Source of the DNA: Planctomycetota bacterium
Lineage (GTDB): Bacteria > Planctomycetota > B15-G4
Direction of reading: 5' to 3'
Length of the DNA: 64,000 nucleotides
NCBI GenBank assembly: GCA_965248575.1
Contig: CBDFJQ010000002.1
Span: 1,152,001-1,216,000 of the forward strand
Shown: positions 1 to 8,907 of the stretch, piece after piece
Numbering within the stretch: the stretch's first letter is position 1
Layout of the letters: the number at the start of each line of letters is the position of its first letter
Made by a program: the position numbers and the translations under genes
Notes under the pieces: generated by a model
Database searches by the model: none
Told to the model about the DNA's origin: nothing
Seen by the model: only the letters and a program-made list of their open reading frames with translations

Positions 1-1190
1 TTGAGGATCTCGAAGGTCGCGATACGACCCCGGCCGTCCTTGCGCGGCAGCAGCTTCTGCGCCACGACGTAAGCCAGGCTGAACGACAGCTGCGACATCA
101 CTTCCTTGGAGCGTTCTGGCGGGAAGAGGTCGACGATACGGGTGACCACACCCTTGGCATCGCGGGTGTGCAAGGTCGTGAACACGAGGTGTCCCGTTTC
201 CGCAGCGGAAAGCGCGAGGTTGGCAGTTTCCGAGTCACGAATCTCACCCAGGAAGATGACGTCGGGGTCTTCACGCAGTGCACTGCGCAGACCGCCGGAG
301 AAGGTGCGTGTGTTCTTGCCCACTTCGCGCTGGGAGATCAGGCAGCGGTCGGGGGTCATGACGTACTCGATGGGGTCCTCGAGCGTGATGACCCGCAGGC
401 GTGAACGGCGGTTCAGCTCAGCCAGGATCGAGGCGATCGTGGTGGATTTGCCGGAACCGGTGATGCCCGTGACGACCACGAGACCTTGACGCAGGTTGAG
501 GATCTCCTCCACCACGCGCGGATCGGGGAAGCCGAGCCCCTTGGTGTCGGGCACGTTGCGCGGCAGGGCTCGAACAACCATGGCCAGGCCGTCCCGGTCG
601 TGGAACACGTTGATACGGAAATCCATCTGCTCGACTTCGAAGTGGAAGCCGGCGTCCACATCCTCCGGCGGCTCCTGCTCCAACTTGCGGATGTGGTCCG
701 TACGCAGCAGCGGGTAGACGAGGCCTTCCATGACCTCGGGGGTGAGGTCACTGGCGCCCTCCAGGGGAACGAGTTGACCGTCGTGCCGGAAGCGCGCGGG
801 TCCTCCGACTTTGAGGTGCAGGTCGGCAAGCCTGGAGAGGCCTCCGGCCTGGGAGTCCCCCTCGCCAAAGCGGCGCAGCAGGTCGAAAATGGAAACGAGA
901 CGTCCGCCCACGTCGTAGACGTTGTGATCCGCCTGCGCGTCCGGGCGATGGCTGCCTTCCCGGCGCGCGATCTGGCGCGGCGCGGCCCGATCCTGCGGAG
1001 GTGTCGGGTCGGGCGAGTAGTTCAGCGGCTCTGCGGAGGCGCCGGGTGCCACGGGCACCGCCGGCGGAGCGGAAGGTGCCGCCGGAGGAGCTGTCGAAGC
1101 GGGGGCAGCTGGAGCGGCAGGCTGGGCGGGCACGGGCGGCTGATCGGTGATGCCGTCGATGTAGCTTGGGTCTGGGGTCCGGTTGGTCAC
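1..1190 (-). CDS. pilT: PilT/PilU-family type IV pilus retraction ATPase, 3' end truncated by window edge, with Pro/Ala-rich N-terminal extension
   Basis: Not in the ORF track because it runs off the edge. Manual translation of the minus strand from GTG 1190 (GGAG upstream) gives DLHLKVGGP, FRINVFHD, Walker A VTGITGSGKSTT, TLEDPIEY, LRSALREDPDVIFLGEIRD, AETGHLVFTTLHT. Confidence 0.92.
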   Translation of the reverse strand, partial: MTNRTPDPSYIDGITDQPPVPAQPAAPAAPASTAPPAAPSAPPAVPVAPGASAEPLNYSPDPTPPQDRAAPRQIARREGSHRPDAQADHNVYDVGGRLVSIFDLLRRFGEGDSQAGGLSRLADLHLKVGGPARFRHDGQLVPLEGASDLTPEVMEGLVYPLLRTDHIRKLEQEPPEDVDAGFHFEVEQMDFRINVFHDRDGLAMVVRALPRNVPDTKGLGFPDPRVVEEILNLRQGLVVVTGITGSGKSTTIASILAELNRRSRLRVITLEDPIEYVMTPDRCLISQREVGKNTRTFSGGLRSALREDPDVIFLGEIRDSETANLALSAAETGHLVFTTLHTRDAKGVVTRIVDLFPPERSKEVMSQLSFSLAYVVAQKLLPRKDGRGRIATFEIL

Positions 1191-1374
1191 GGGACGACAC
1201 TCCGATGGGGCTTGCAGAAAGAGACCCTTTCGGCAGCTCACGCTCAGGACTTGGGAGCGACTTCCGCCCCCTGCTCCTCCCCGGCAGTTCACTATGCTGT
1301 TGCGAGCATCAAAGCCCCCCCAGGCCGTCAATTCCGCCCCGTCGACGGCTCAGCCCTCCTCCTCCGGACGATCC

Positions 1375-1884
1375 ATGGAACGCTGGTCGATTCACCTGCA
1401 GAAAGAAACATTCAAGTTCTCGGCCGCTCACTTCCTGATCTTCCCCGACGGCAGCGCGGAGCGACTGCACGGCCACAACTACCGGGTCTTCGTTGACATC
1501 GAGGCCGCTCTCGACCGCTTCGGCCTCGTCATCGACTTCAAGACCGTGAAGCCCGTAATCCGGGAACTCGTAGACGAACTCGACGAACACTGGCTCCTGC
1601 CCGGTGAGCACCCCGTGCTCTCCACGCACCTGCGGGAGGACGGGGTGATGGAAGTGCACTACCTCGAACGCTACTACGCCGCACCCAAAGAAGACGTGAT
1701 CGTGCTACCCATGAACAACCTGAGCGCCGAGAACCTGGCCACTTGGCTTGCGCGCGAACTGCGCTCTCGGCTCGAACAGCGATTCCCGAAGCTGCGCGTG
1801 CGACAGCTCGACCTGGCGGTGGAAGAAACCTCCGGGCAACGGGGCGTCTACCACTACCAAGCGCAGCCTGACGACGCTCCATGA
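1375..1884 (+). CDS. queD: 6-carboxytetrahydropterin / 6-pyruvoyl-tetrahydropterin synthase family
   Basis: FSAAHF, ERLHGHNY, IDF, LDEH, SAENLA, VEET motifs. Start moved to ATG 1375. Confidence 0.85.
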   Translation: MERWSIHLQKETFKFSAAHFLIFPDGSAERLHGHNYRVFVDIEAALDRFGLVIDFKTVKPVIRELVDELDEHWLLPGEHPVLSTHLREDGVMEVHYLERYYAAPKEDVIVLPMNNLSAENLATWLARELRSRLEQRFPKLRVRQLDLAVEETSGQRGVYHYQAQPDDAP

Positions 1885-2579
1885 GCACACGCCCACTGCG
1901 TGTCCTGGTCACGGGGTTCGAGCCCTTCGGCGGCGAACCCATCAACCCGTCGCAGCAGCTCGTGGAGGAGCTGAAGCACGAGCAGTTCGATGGACTGGAG
2001 CTGGTCACCAGCATCCTGCCGGTGGACATAGAACTCCTGCCGATCGAACTGGAACGAGCTCTGGACGAGGTGCGGCCGGACGCCCTGTTGCTCGTGGGAC
2101 AGGCCACGGGACGCGACGCCATCTGCTTGGAGACCACGGCCATCAACGAGGTGGCCTACGGCAAGGCCCGCGACAACGCTGGCCGTTCCATCAGCTCAGC
2201 ACCTGTGCAAGCTGGTGGGCCCAGGCAGCGCCCCTCCACCCTGCCCCTCGAACCTCTCCAGGCAGCGCTGGCCTCCGCCGGGCATCGGGTGCGCTGTTCC
2301 AACGACGCGGGGCGCTTCCTCTGCAATCACGCGCTCTACACCTGCCTGGCACGGGAGCCGGCCATCCCCTGCGCTTTTGTTCATGTCCCGCTGTTGCCGG
2401 AGCAGGCGACGCGCCGGGAGCTCGACGAACCCAGCCTTGAGCAGTCCGCGGTGGCCGCCTGCCTCAGGGAACTGCTGAGCCTGCTGCCCCGGCATCTTCA
2501 GAGCCACGCGTCGCACCACCCTTCGCAGCCGCCGGGTACCCCTCCCGGCCCTCCCGGCCCTCCCGCCGCAGACGCCTGA
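1881..2579 (+). CDS. pcp: Pyroglutamyl-peptidase I (C15)
   Basis: VLVTGFEPFGGEPINPS, DAGRFLCN (catalytic Cys), FVHVP. ATGA overlap with queD. Confidence 0.93.
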   Translation: MSTRPLRVLVTGFEPFGGEPINPSQQLVEELKHEQFDGLELVTSILPVDIELLPIELERALDEVRPDALLLVGQATGRDAICLETTAINEVAYGKARDNAGRSISSAPVQAGGPRQRPSTLPLEPLQAALASAGHRVRCSNDAGRFLCNHALYTCLAREPAIPCAFVHVPLLPEQATRRELDEPSLEQSAVAACLRELLSLLPRHLQSHASHHPSQPPGTPPGPPGPPAADA

Positions 2580-3891
2580 AGTCGTCCAGACGTTGCTGAA
2601 GGTGCGCTTCGAAACCCACATCACCTGGTCGGTAGAAGGTCGCATCAGCGAATCGGTCAGGCAGGTGTTCTTGATTCGTCACGCGGCCCGGGACCTCGTG
2701 CGGATTCTGATAGGGCGCTGAACCGGGGACCGACCCGGGGCGTTTCGAACCCGCCAGCTCCGGTGGCACGTCCAGGGCACCACCCCGCTCAGCGGCCTGA
2801 CGAGCCTCACCGGACGCCCGGTACACGGCGTCTGACTTCGGTGCCAACGCCAGGTAGATGGCCGCTTGGCATAGGGCCGCATCTCCCTCGGGCATGCCCA
2901 GAAACTGCACCGCGCGCAAGGCATCCAGCGCCACGCCCAAGGCGCGCGGATCCGCCAATCCCACGTCTTCGCTCGCCATGCGCACAAGGCGCCGAGCCAC
3001 CACGGTGGGGTCTTCGCCGGCGAGCAACATCCGGTGCAACCAATACACGGCTGCGTCCGGATCGCCACCGCGCAAGGACTTGTGCAGCGCGCTGAGCAGA
3101 TCGAAGTGCCGGTCGCCCGAGCGGTCGTGCGCGGGCAGGCGCGCTCCGAGCGACCCGCGCACATGAGCCGCCGTGATCACGGCCGCCCCTTCCACCCGGG
3201 CCATGTGCGCTGCACGCTCGAGGTGGTTGAGCAGTCGCCGGCCATCGCCGTCCGCGACCTCCACGAGTTCTGCTCGCGCCTCTTCATCCAGCCCCCGCTC
3301 CCCCGACATCCCTCGCGGATCCGCGAGCCCCCGATCCAGGAGCTCCCCCGCTGCGTCAGGCGTCAGGGCGTTGAGCTGAACGAGTCGGCAGCGCGACAGG
3401 AGTGCCTGGTTGAGATAGAAGGCGGGGTTCTCGGTGGTGGCACCGACCATCACCACGCGCCCGTCCTCAACTTCGTGCAGCAGGGCATCCTGCTGCCCCT
3501 TGTGGAAGCGGTGGATCTCATCTACGAAGAGCAGGGTCCGGCGGCCCGATGCCCCCAGCCGCTGGGCCGATTCAGCCAGCAACCGACGGACCTCCGCAAC
3601 GCCGACGGAGACCGCTGAGATGTGGGTCAGCTCGAAGCCAGCCTCGTCAGCCAGCAGGCGCGCCAGCGTCGTCTTGCCGCAGCCGGGTGGGCCCCACAGA
3701 ACCAGCGAGGAGAGGCGCCCGTCCTTGGCTTCGCGGCGCAACAGTCCATCGGCCGCCAACAGCTCCCCCTGCCCCACCACCTCGTCGAGGCCCTGGGGAC
3801 GAAGGCGTTCAGCGAGAGGCGCCGTGATCGCCGCACGTCGACGACCCGCGGCAGAGAAGAGGTCGCCGTGCGTGGGTGAGGGTGGTGACAT
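2464..3891 (-). CDS. rarA: Replication-associated recombination protein A (RarA/MgsA AAA+ ATPase)
   Basis: PLAERLRP, WGPPGCGKTT, FVDEIHRF, GATTENP, SALHKSLRG, ASEDVGLAD. Start moved to ATG 3891. Confidence 0.95.
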   Translation of the reverse strand: MSPPSPTHGDLFSAAGRRRAAITAPLAERLRPQGLDEVVGQGELLAADGLLRREAKDGRLSSLVLWGPPGCGKTTLARLLADEAGFELTHISAVSVGVAEVRRLLAESAQRLGASGRRTLLFVDEIHRFHKGQQDALLHEVEDGRVVMVGATTENPAFYLNQALLSRCRLVQLNALTPDAAGELLDRGLADPRGMSGERGLDEEARAELVEVADGDGRRLLNHLERAAHMARVEGAAVITAAHVRGSLGARLPAHDRSGDRHFDLLSALHKSLRGGDPDAAVYWLHRMLLAGEDPTVVARRLVRMASEDVGLADPRALGVALDALRAVQFLGMPEGDAALCQAAIYLALAPKSDAVYRASGEARQAAERGGALDVPPELAGSKRPGSVPGSAPYQNPHEVPGRVTNQEHLPDRFADATFYRPGDVGFEAHLQQRLDDFRRLRREGREGREGYPAAAKGGATRGSEDAGAAGSAVP

Positions 3892-4015
3892 GGATCTGCA
3901 TGGAGGAGAAGCCGTAGAGTCTAACGTCCTGCGCCGGGGACCGCTGCCGCACGAGCTGCTGCCCTTCACCCATCGCCGACAACTCCGCTCACCCGTTCAG
4001 CCCGAGGACTCCCCC

Positions 4016-4429
4016 ATGGTTCGGATCGACATCGTCTACCAGGGAGACCTGCGCTGTCAGGCCGCCCACGAACCCTCGGGCCAGACCTTGCTCACGGACG
4101 CTCCGGTCGACAACCACGGCAAGGGAGAGTCCTTCTCCCCCACGGACCTCGTGGCCACGGCCCTGGGCAGCTGCATGGCAACCATCATGGCGATTGCGGC
4201 GGAGAAGCATGGGCTGGACCTGAGCGGCATGCGCATCACGGTCGTGAAGTCCATGGGCGCCGAGCCGGTTCGTCACATCTCCAAGCTCAACACCATCATC
4301 CACATCCCGGTCGAGCCGGAGGACAAGCTGAAGACGATCCTGGAGCGAGCAGCCCATGCCTGCCCGGTGCACGCCAGCTTGGCCGAATCCACGGAGAAGC
4401 CGGTCCTCTTCCGCTGGGGCAAGACCTGA
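4016..4429 (+). CDS. OsmC/Ohr family protein
   Basis: TDAPVDNHGKGESFSPTDLVATALGSC and AHACPVHASL (two conserved Cys). ATG 4016. Confidence 0.9.
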   Translation: MVRIDIVYQGDLRCQAAHEPSGQTLLTDAPVDNHGKGESFSPTDLVATALGSCMATIMAIAAEKHGLDLSGMRITVVKSMGAEPVRHISKLNTIIHIPVEPEDKLKTILERAAHACPVHASLAESTEKPVLFRWGKT

Positions 4430-4457
4430 GGACGAGACGGACCACCCCTGGGGATCG

Positions 4458-5996
4458 CTAGTCGGTGTCCACCACCAGGCCTTCGGTGGCGAGCGGCTTC
4501 TCTCCCTCGGTGCGGGCCACGAGCGCGGCGCCACAAGAGTCGCTCCACACGTTCACCACGGTCCGCAGCATGTCGAGCGGGCGATCCACGGCGAGCAGGA
4601 GGGCTGCGCCCTCCACAGGTAGACCCAGGGTGCCGAGAATCGTGAGCATCATCACGAGCCCGGCGGAGGGGATGCCGGCCGCACCAATCGATGCCAGCAG
4701 CGCCATGACGACGACCTGGGCCTGCACGGCCAACGTCAGCGGAAAATCGCTCACGCCCTGGTAGTACTGAGCCAGGAAGATCACACCCACGCACTCGTAA
4801 AGCGCCGTGCCGTCCATGTTGATGGTGGCGCCCAAGGGCAACACGAAGGACGTGGTCTTGTTGCTCACCCGGCCGCGCCGCTCGACGGTGTCCAAGGTGA
4901 CCGGCAGGGTCATGGACGAAGACGAGGTGGAGAAGGCCGTCATCAGCGCCGGCCCCATGGCCTTGAACCAGCCAATGGGACTCACACCACCCAACTTGAG
5001 TAGCGTGGGCAAGGTGATGACAGCGTGGAACAGGAGCCCGCCAGCCACCACCGCCATGTAGAGACCCAGCGGCTCGAAGAGGCCGAAGCCCGTCTCGCCA
5101 ACGACCTTCGCCAGCAACACGAACACGCCGTACGGGATCAGGCTCAGGACCCAACCGGCCATCTTCATCATCACTTCGAAGGCCGACTCGAAGAACGCCT
5201 TCATGCGATCGCGATGGGGATCGGCCGCCTGCGTGATGAAGTAGCCGAAGAGCAGCGCAAAGAAGATGACCTGCAACATGGCCCGGTTGTCGCCCATCGC
5301 CGCAAAGACGTTGGTGGGGATCATGCGCTTCAGCACGTCCCAGAAACTCTGGCCTGCCACTGTCTGGAACTCGTTCGACGGCAGGAGCCCGAGCGAGGCC
5401 CCGGTGCCAGGCTGGACGAGGTTGACCAACACCTGGCCGACGACGACGGCCAGCAAGCTGGTGCCGAGGTAGTAGGCGAAGGTCTTCAGCCCCATGCGTC
5501 GCAGGTCGCGGCCCGCCCCCACTCCCGCCACGCCCGTGATGATGGACGTCAGGATGATGGGCACGATCAGCATCTTCAGCAAGGCGAGGAAGATGTCCGC
5601 CAGGAATGCGAAGGGCTCGATCCAGCGGGCCCGCTCACAGCCTGGCTCCATGCGCACGGTGACGGGCGCGGCTTCCCGCCCGTCGGCGAACTCCAACCAC
5701 AGCACCTGGCCGAGACCTGTCTCGGTCAGGATCTCCTCCATGCGGCTCGGGCCGAACAGCGGCCCGCCAGCGGAGTCGCTGGACTGGTCGACGACCATCC
5801 CCCGCAGGACGTCGCCGGGCTTCACCCCAGCCGCCGAGCCAGGGCTGTCGGGGTCGACGGCCGAAACCACGGCGCCCGTGTCCCCTGCCTCGACGTGCAA
5901 CCCCAACCACGGCGGCGCATCGAGTGCGGTCTGGAAGTACCCGCCCACCGCCACGCCGGCGATGAGTGCGATGAGAATGCGCCAGTGGAGTTTCAC
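4458..5996 (-). CDS. Dicarboxylate/amino acid:cation symporter (DAACS/GltP family) with PDZ-like insertion
   Basis: FLALLKMLIVP, AFSTSSSSMTLP, LPLGATINMDGTALY, ASIGAAGIP, DRPLDMLRTVVNVWSD. Insert WLGL..VVSAVDPDSPGSAAGVKPGDVL after TM1. Confidence 0.93.
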   Translation of the reverse strand: MKLHWRILIALIAGVAVGGYFQTALDAPPWLGLHVEAGDTGAVVSAVDPDSPGSAAGVKPGDVLRGMVVDQSSDSAGGPLFGPSRMEEILTETGLGQVLWLEFADGREAAPVTVRMEPGCERARWIEPFAFLADIFLALLKMLIVPIILTSIITGVAGVGAGRDLRRMGLKTFAYYLGTSLLAVVVGQVLVNLVQPGTGASLGLLPSNEFQTVAGQSFWDVLKRMIPTNVFAAMGDNRAMLQVIFFALLFGYFITQAADPHRDRMKAFFESAFEVMMKMAGWVLSLIPYGVFVLLAKVVGETGFGLFEPLGLYMAVVAGGLLFHAVITLPTLLKLGGVSPIGWFKAMGPALMTAFSTSSSSMTLPVTLDTVERRGRVSNKTTSFVLPLGATINMDGTALYECVGVIFLAQYYQGVSDFPLTLAVQAQVVVMALLASIGAAGIPSAGLVMMLTILGTLGLPVEGAALLLAVDRPLDMLRTVVNVWSDSCGAALVARTEGEKPLATEGLVVDTD

Positions 5997-6085
5997 GGCG
6001 CCCAGGTTACAGGGAGGCCTGCTGAGATCCCAACGCCCAGCTGAAGCCCTTGAGCCCCGGCCCTCGTCCTATCCCTGGTCCTAAC

Positions 6086-7063
6086 CTAGGGGCGCAGTCG
6101 GCCGGTGCGGCGTTGACCGCGAGCGGACAGCGGGCCCATCACCTTCTTGCCGAGGGCCGACGTGATCATCTCGCAGGCCAGCTCGGCGGTCGCATTTCCG
6201 GAGTCGAGAATCGGATTGAGCTCCGCCACCTCCATGGACACGAGGCGACCGGAGTCGGCGAGCATCTCCATGATCAGATACGTCTCCCGCATGGAGATCC
6301 CACCCGCGACGGGTGTCCCCACGCCCGGCGCACAGGCTGGATCAATACCGTCCATGTCCAGGGAGAGGTGCACACCAGCAGCGTCGCGCAGGGCGATGGA
6401 GAGGGCTTCCTCAACGACCGCTGCCATGCCTCGGGCATCGATCTTCATCATTTCGTAGTAGTGGATGCCGCTCTGCATGACGAGCTCGCGCTCGCCGTCA
6501 TCCACCGAACGGATGCCGATCAGCACCGTGTTCTCGGGCGGGACCTTGGGAGAGAAGCCGCCAATGTTGACGAGCTCCTGGGCGCCATACCCCATCAAAG
6601 CCGACAGGGGCATTCCGTGCACGTTGCCCGTGGGAGAAGTGTTCACCGTGTTGAAATCGGCGTGGGCATCAATCCAGATCAGCCCGATCTTCTCCTGCTT
6701 CTTGCGGAAGTGGGAAGCCACCCCGGTGACCGTTCCCATGGCCATGGAGTGATCCCCGCCCACGACCACGGGAAACTTCCCATCGTCCAGGACGCTTTCG
6801 ACGCGTGGCGCGAGGTTCTCGCAAGCAGCCACGATCTCCTTCATGTACTTCGCGCCAGGTCCCGTCTCAGGTCGTTCGGGTAGCGGAACCTCCACGTCAC
6901 CGAGGTCCTCGAACGCCAGGTTGAGCTCAGCCACTTCAGCGGCCAGCCCCGCGTAGCGAACGGCAGCCGGACCCATGTCGACCCCGCGACGACCGGCTCC
7001 CAGGTCCATGGGGAAGCCAAGCATGCAAACGTCTTTGGCGGCATTGGGCGGCATGGGTTTCAT
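6086..7063 (-). CDS. rocF: Arginase
   Basis: DLGAGRRGVDMGP, GGDHS, DAHADFN, SPTGNVHGMP, SLDMDGIDP, APGVGTPV, ELNP. Confidence 0.95.
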   Translation of the reverse strand: MKPMPPNAAKDVCMLGFPMDLGAGRRGVDMGPAAVRYAGLAAEVAELNLAFEDLGDVEVPLPERPETGPGAKYMKEIVAACENLAPRVESVLDDGKFPVVVGGDHSMAMGTVTGVASHFRKKQEKIGLIWIDAHADFNTVNTSPTGNVHGMPLSALMGYGAQELVNIGGFSPKVPPENTVLIGIRSVDDGERELVMQSGIHYYEMMKIDARGMAAVVEEALSIALRDAAGVHLSLDMDGIDPACAPGVGTPVAGGISMRETYLIMEMLADSGRLVSMEVAELNPILDSGNATAELACEMITSALGKKVMGPLSARGQRRTGRLRP

Positions 7064-7219
7064 CGTCAGGTCTTCATGGTCAGCAGGCTAGGGCGCGCGC
7101 CCAGAGGTTCTCTCGCTGGAGGGCTGGAATCCAGCCCCGGCCAACAGAAGGCCGCAGGCGAACCGCCAACGGGCCTTCCTGAAGGACAGCCTTCGAGCGC
7201 GGGGCAGCTGCCGCCCCGC

Positions 7220-8824
7220 TCACGCATCGCGCACGTTGTGTGTCGTGCCCTCCACGCTGACGCCAGCGGCACGAGCCTCCAACTGCGGACGGCGGGTCAG
7301 CCCCAACGATTGCATGAGACGTTTGCCGATGTCGTACAGCTTGAACTCCACGGTCCATGCGTACTTGTGGTTCCGCAGCCGATAGCCCGCCATCCACTTC
7401 AGGAAGCTGTGGTAGGGCGTCTTGCCCTTGACCAGGCCATCGAACCAGGGCACCAGGTAGGTGTAACGGTGGTAGTCGCGCTTGATGTCGTCGGGCAGCG
7501 ATTCGTAGGTCTTGTTCTCGAACTTGTACTCGACCATGCCGCCCCACGTGTCGAAACTCAGCGGCATCTCATAGCCATTGCGCTCGGCGTGTTCACCGGA
7601 AACAGTGCCCGGTAGCGGACGGTAGAGCAGCACCTCGCTCGTACAGTTCGGGTAGCGCGTCTTCATCTCGGCGGCGAGCGTCAGGGTCTCGCGCATGGAG
7701 GAGGGCGTCTCATCGGGATAGCCGATGATCCAGAACAGCCCAATCTTGATGTCGCGCTCCCACATGCGCCGCATGGCGATGTCGATGTTGCCGTCCTGGA
7801 TGCCCTTCTGGATGTACAGCTGGGTCTCCGCGGCAGCCGCCTCGGCCCCCACCCACATCATGTGGCAGCCCGAGTCACGTAGCAGGTCGAGCGTCTCGTC
7901 GGAGTAGCGCACGATGGTCTCGACCTCGATCGTCGCGTTCCAGTGGATGTTGACCTCGCGCTCGATCAACAGTTCGCAGAACTTCTTCACGCGCTTCTCG
8001 TGCACACCGAAGTTGGCGTCCTGGAAACGCACCACGTCGAATTCGTATTGCTTCTTCAAATCAACGATGCGGTCCACGAGATCTTCTGCGCCCAGCGCTT
8101 TCCAGCGGCGGTTCGTGACCAGCGGCGAACAGCAGAAGGTGCAGGGCTCGGGGCAACCGTAGGAGCTGAAGTACGACACGGCCCGGTACGGCTTCTGCAT
8201 GCTGTAGCCCGGCGGGTCGGGAAAGCGGTAACGCACCTTGGCTGTGCTGGCCTGGCTCTCCTGGACGTCGAGGTAGCGCTCCACATCAATCAAGTCGAAA
8301 GCCGGGGGCGGCAAGGTCTCAAGCCCCACGATCTCCCGCTTGGGAGTGTGGAACAACTTGTCGTCCTTCCAGAGCGCTAGCCCCGGGACGTCTTCGGCCG
8401 GCGTGCCGTCGCGTACCGCCAGCAGCCACTCCGTGAAGGTCACTTCGCCCTGTCCAATGCAGACGGCGTTGGCGAGGTTGCGTGAGAGATACAGCTCGGG
8501 GGCAACCGAGGGGAACCAGCCGCCCCAGATCATGGGTAGATCGGGGTATTTGGCCCTGACTTGCTCAGCGACGGAAGCGCCGTCGGCAACCTGATACCCC
8601 ACGATGCACGTCGATGCGAAGGCGAAGGCTCCCTCGAGCTTCTCCCACAGCTTGCCCATGGGATCGGACTCCACCATGGAGTCGATGATGTCGAACTCGA
8701 AGTCGTGCTCCAGGGCCGGCGCCAGGATGTGCAGGAACTCCAGCGGCATGAGGTCCGCGCTGTAGGGCTGCCCCAGCTTGGGATCGCCTCGTTCGGGGTA
8801 GTACATCACCACGCGTTGTTTCAT
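7220..8824 (-). CDS. Cobalamin-binding radical SAM enzyme (paralog 2)
   Basis: N-terminal B12-binding region (IWGGWFPS, IGQGEVT), GCPEPCTFC, FQDANF, GAE, IIGYPDET. Confidence 0.9.
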   Translation of the reverse strand: MKQRVVMYYPERGDPKLGQPYSADLMPLEFLHILAPALEHDFEFDIIDSMVESDPMGKLWEKLEGAFAFASTCIVGYQVADGASVAEQVRAKYPDLPMIWGGWFPSVAPELYLSRNLANAVCIGQGEVTFTEWLLAVRDGTPAEDVPGLALWKDDKLFHTPKREIVGLETLPPPAFDLIDVERYLDVQESQASTAKVRYRFPDPPGYSMQKPYRAVSYFSSYGCPEPCTFCCSPLVTNRRWKALGAEDLVDRIVDLKKQYEFDVVRFQDANFGVHEKRVKKFCELLIEREVNIHWNATIEVETIVRYSDETLDLLRDSGCHMMWVGAEAAAAETQLYIQKGIQDGNIDIAMRRMWERDIKIGLFWIIGYPDETPSSMRETLTLAAEMKTRYPNCTSEVLLYRPLPGTVSGEHAERNGYEMPLSFDTWGGMVEYKFENKTYESLPDDIKRDYHRYTYLVPWFDGLVKGKTPYHSFLKWMAGYRLRNHKYAWTVEFKLYDIGKRLMQSLGLTRRPQLEARAAGVSVEGTTHNVRDA

Positions 8825-8907
8825 CAGCTTGCTGCCCTAAGTCGTCGTTGTATGAAGTCGCTTGCTCTGCAGGCGCGCCTGCGAGGGGCTTCCGGAAGGA
8901 AGCACTC

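Noticed and set aside
1191..1374. Possible preQ1 riboswitch before queD; sigma28-like CCAAG..GCCGAAAG before pilT
   Set aside because: No preQ1 stem or A-rich tail is seen; the promoter match is too weak to call
486..1496. 336-aa plus-strand ORF and other ORFs over 1-1200
   Set aside because: Antisense shadows of the minus-strand pilT, which carries all the family motifs
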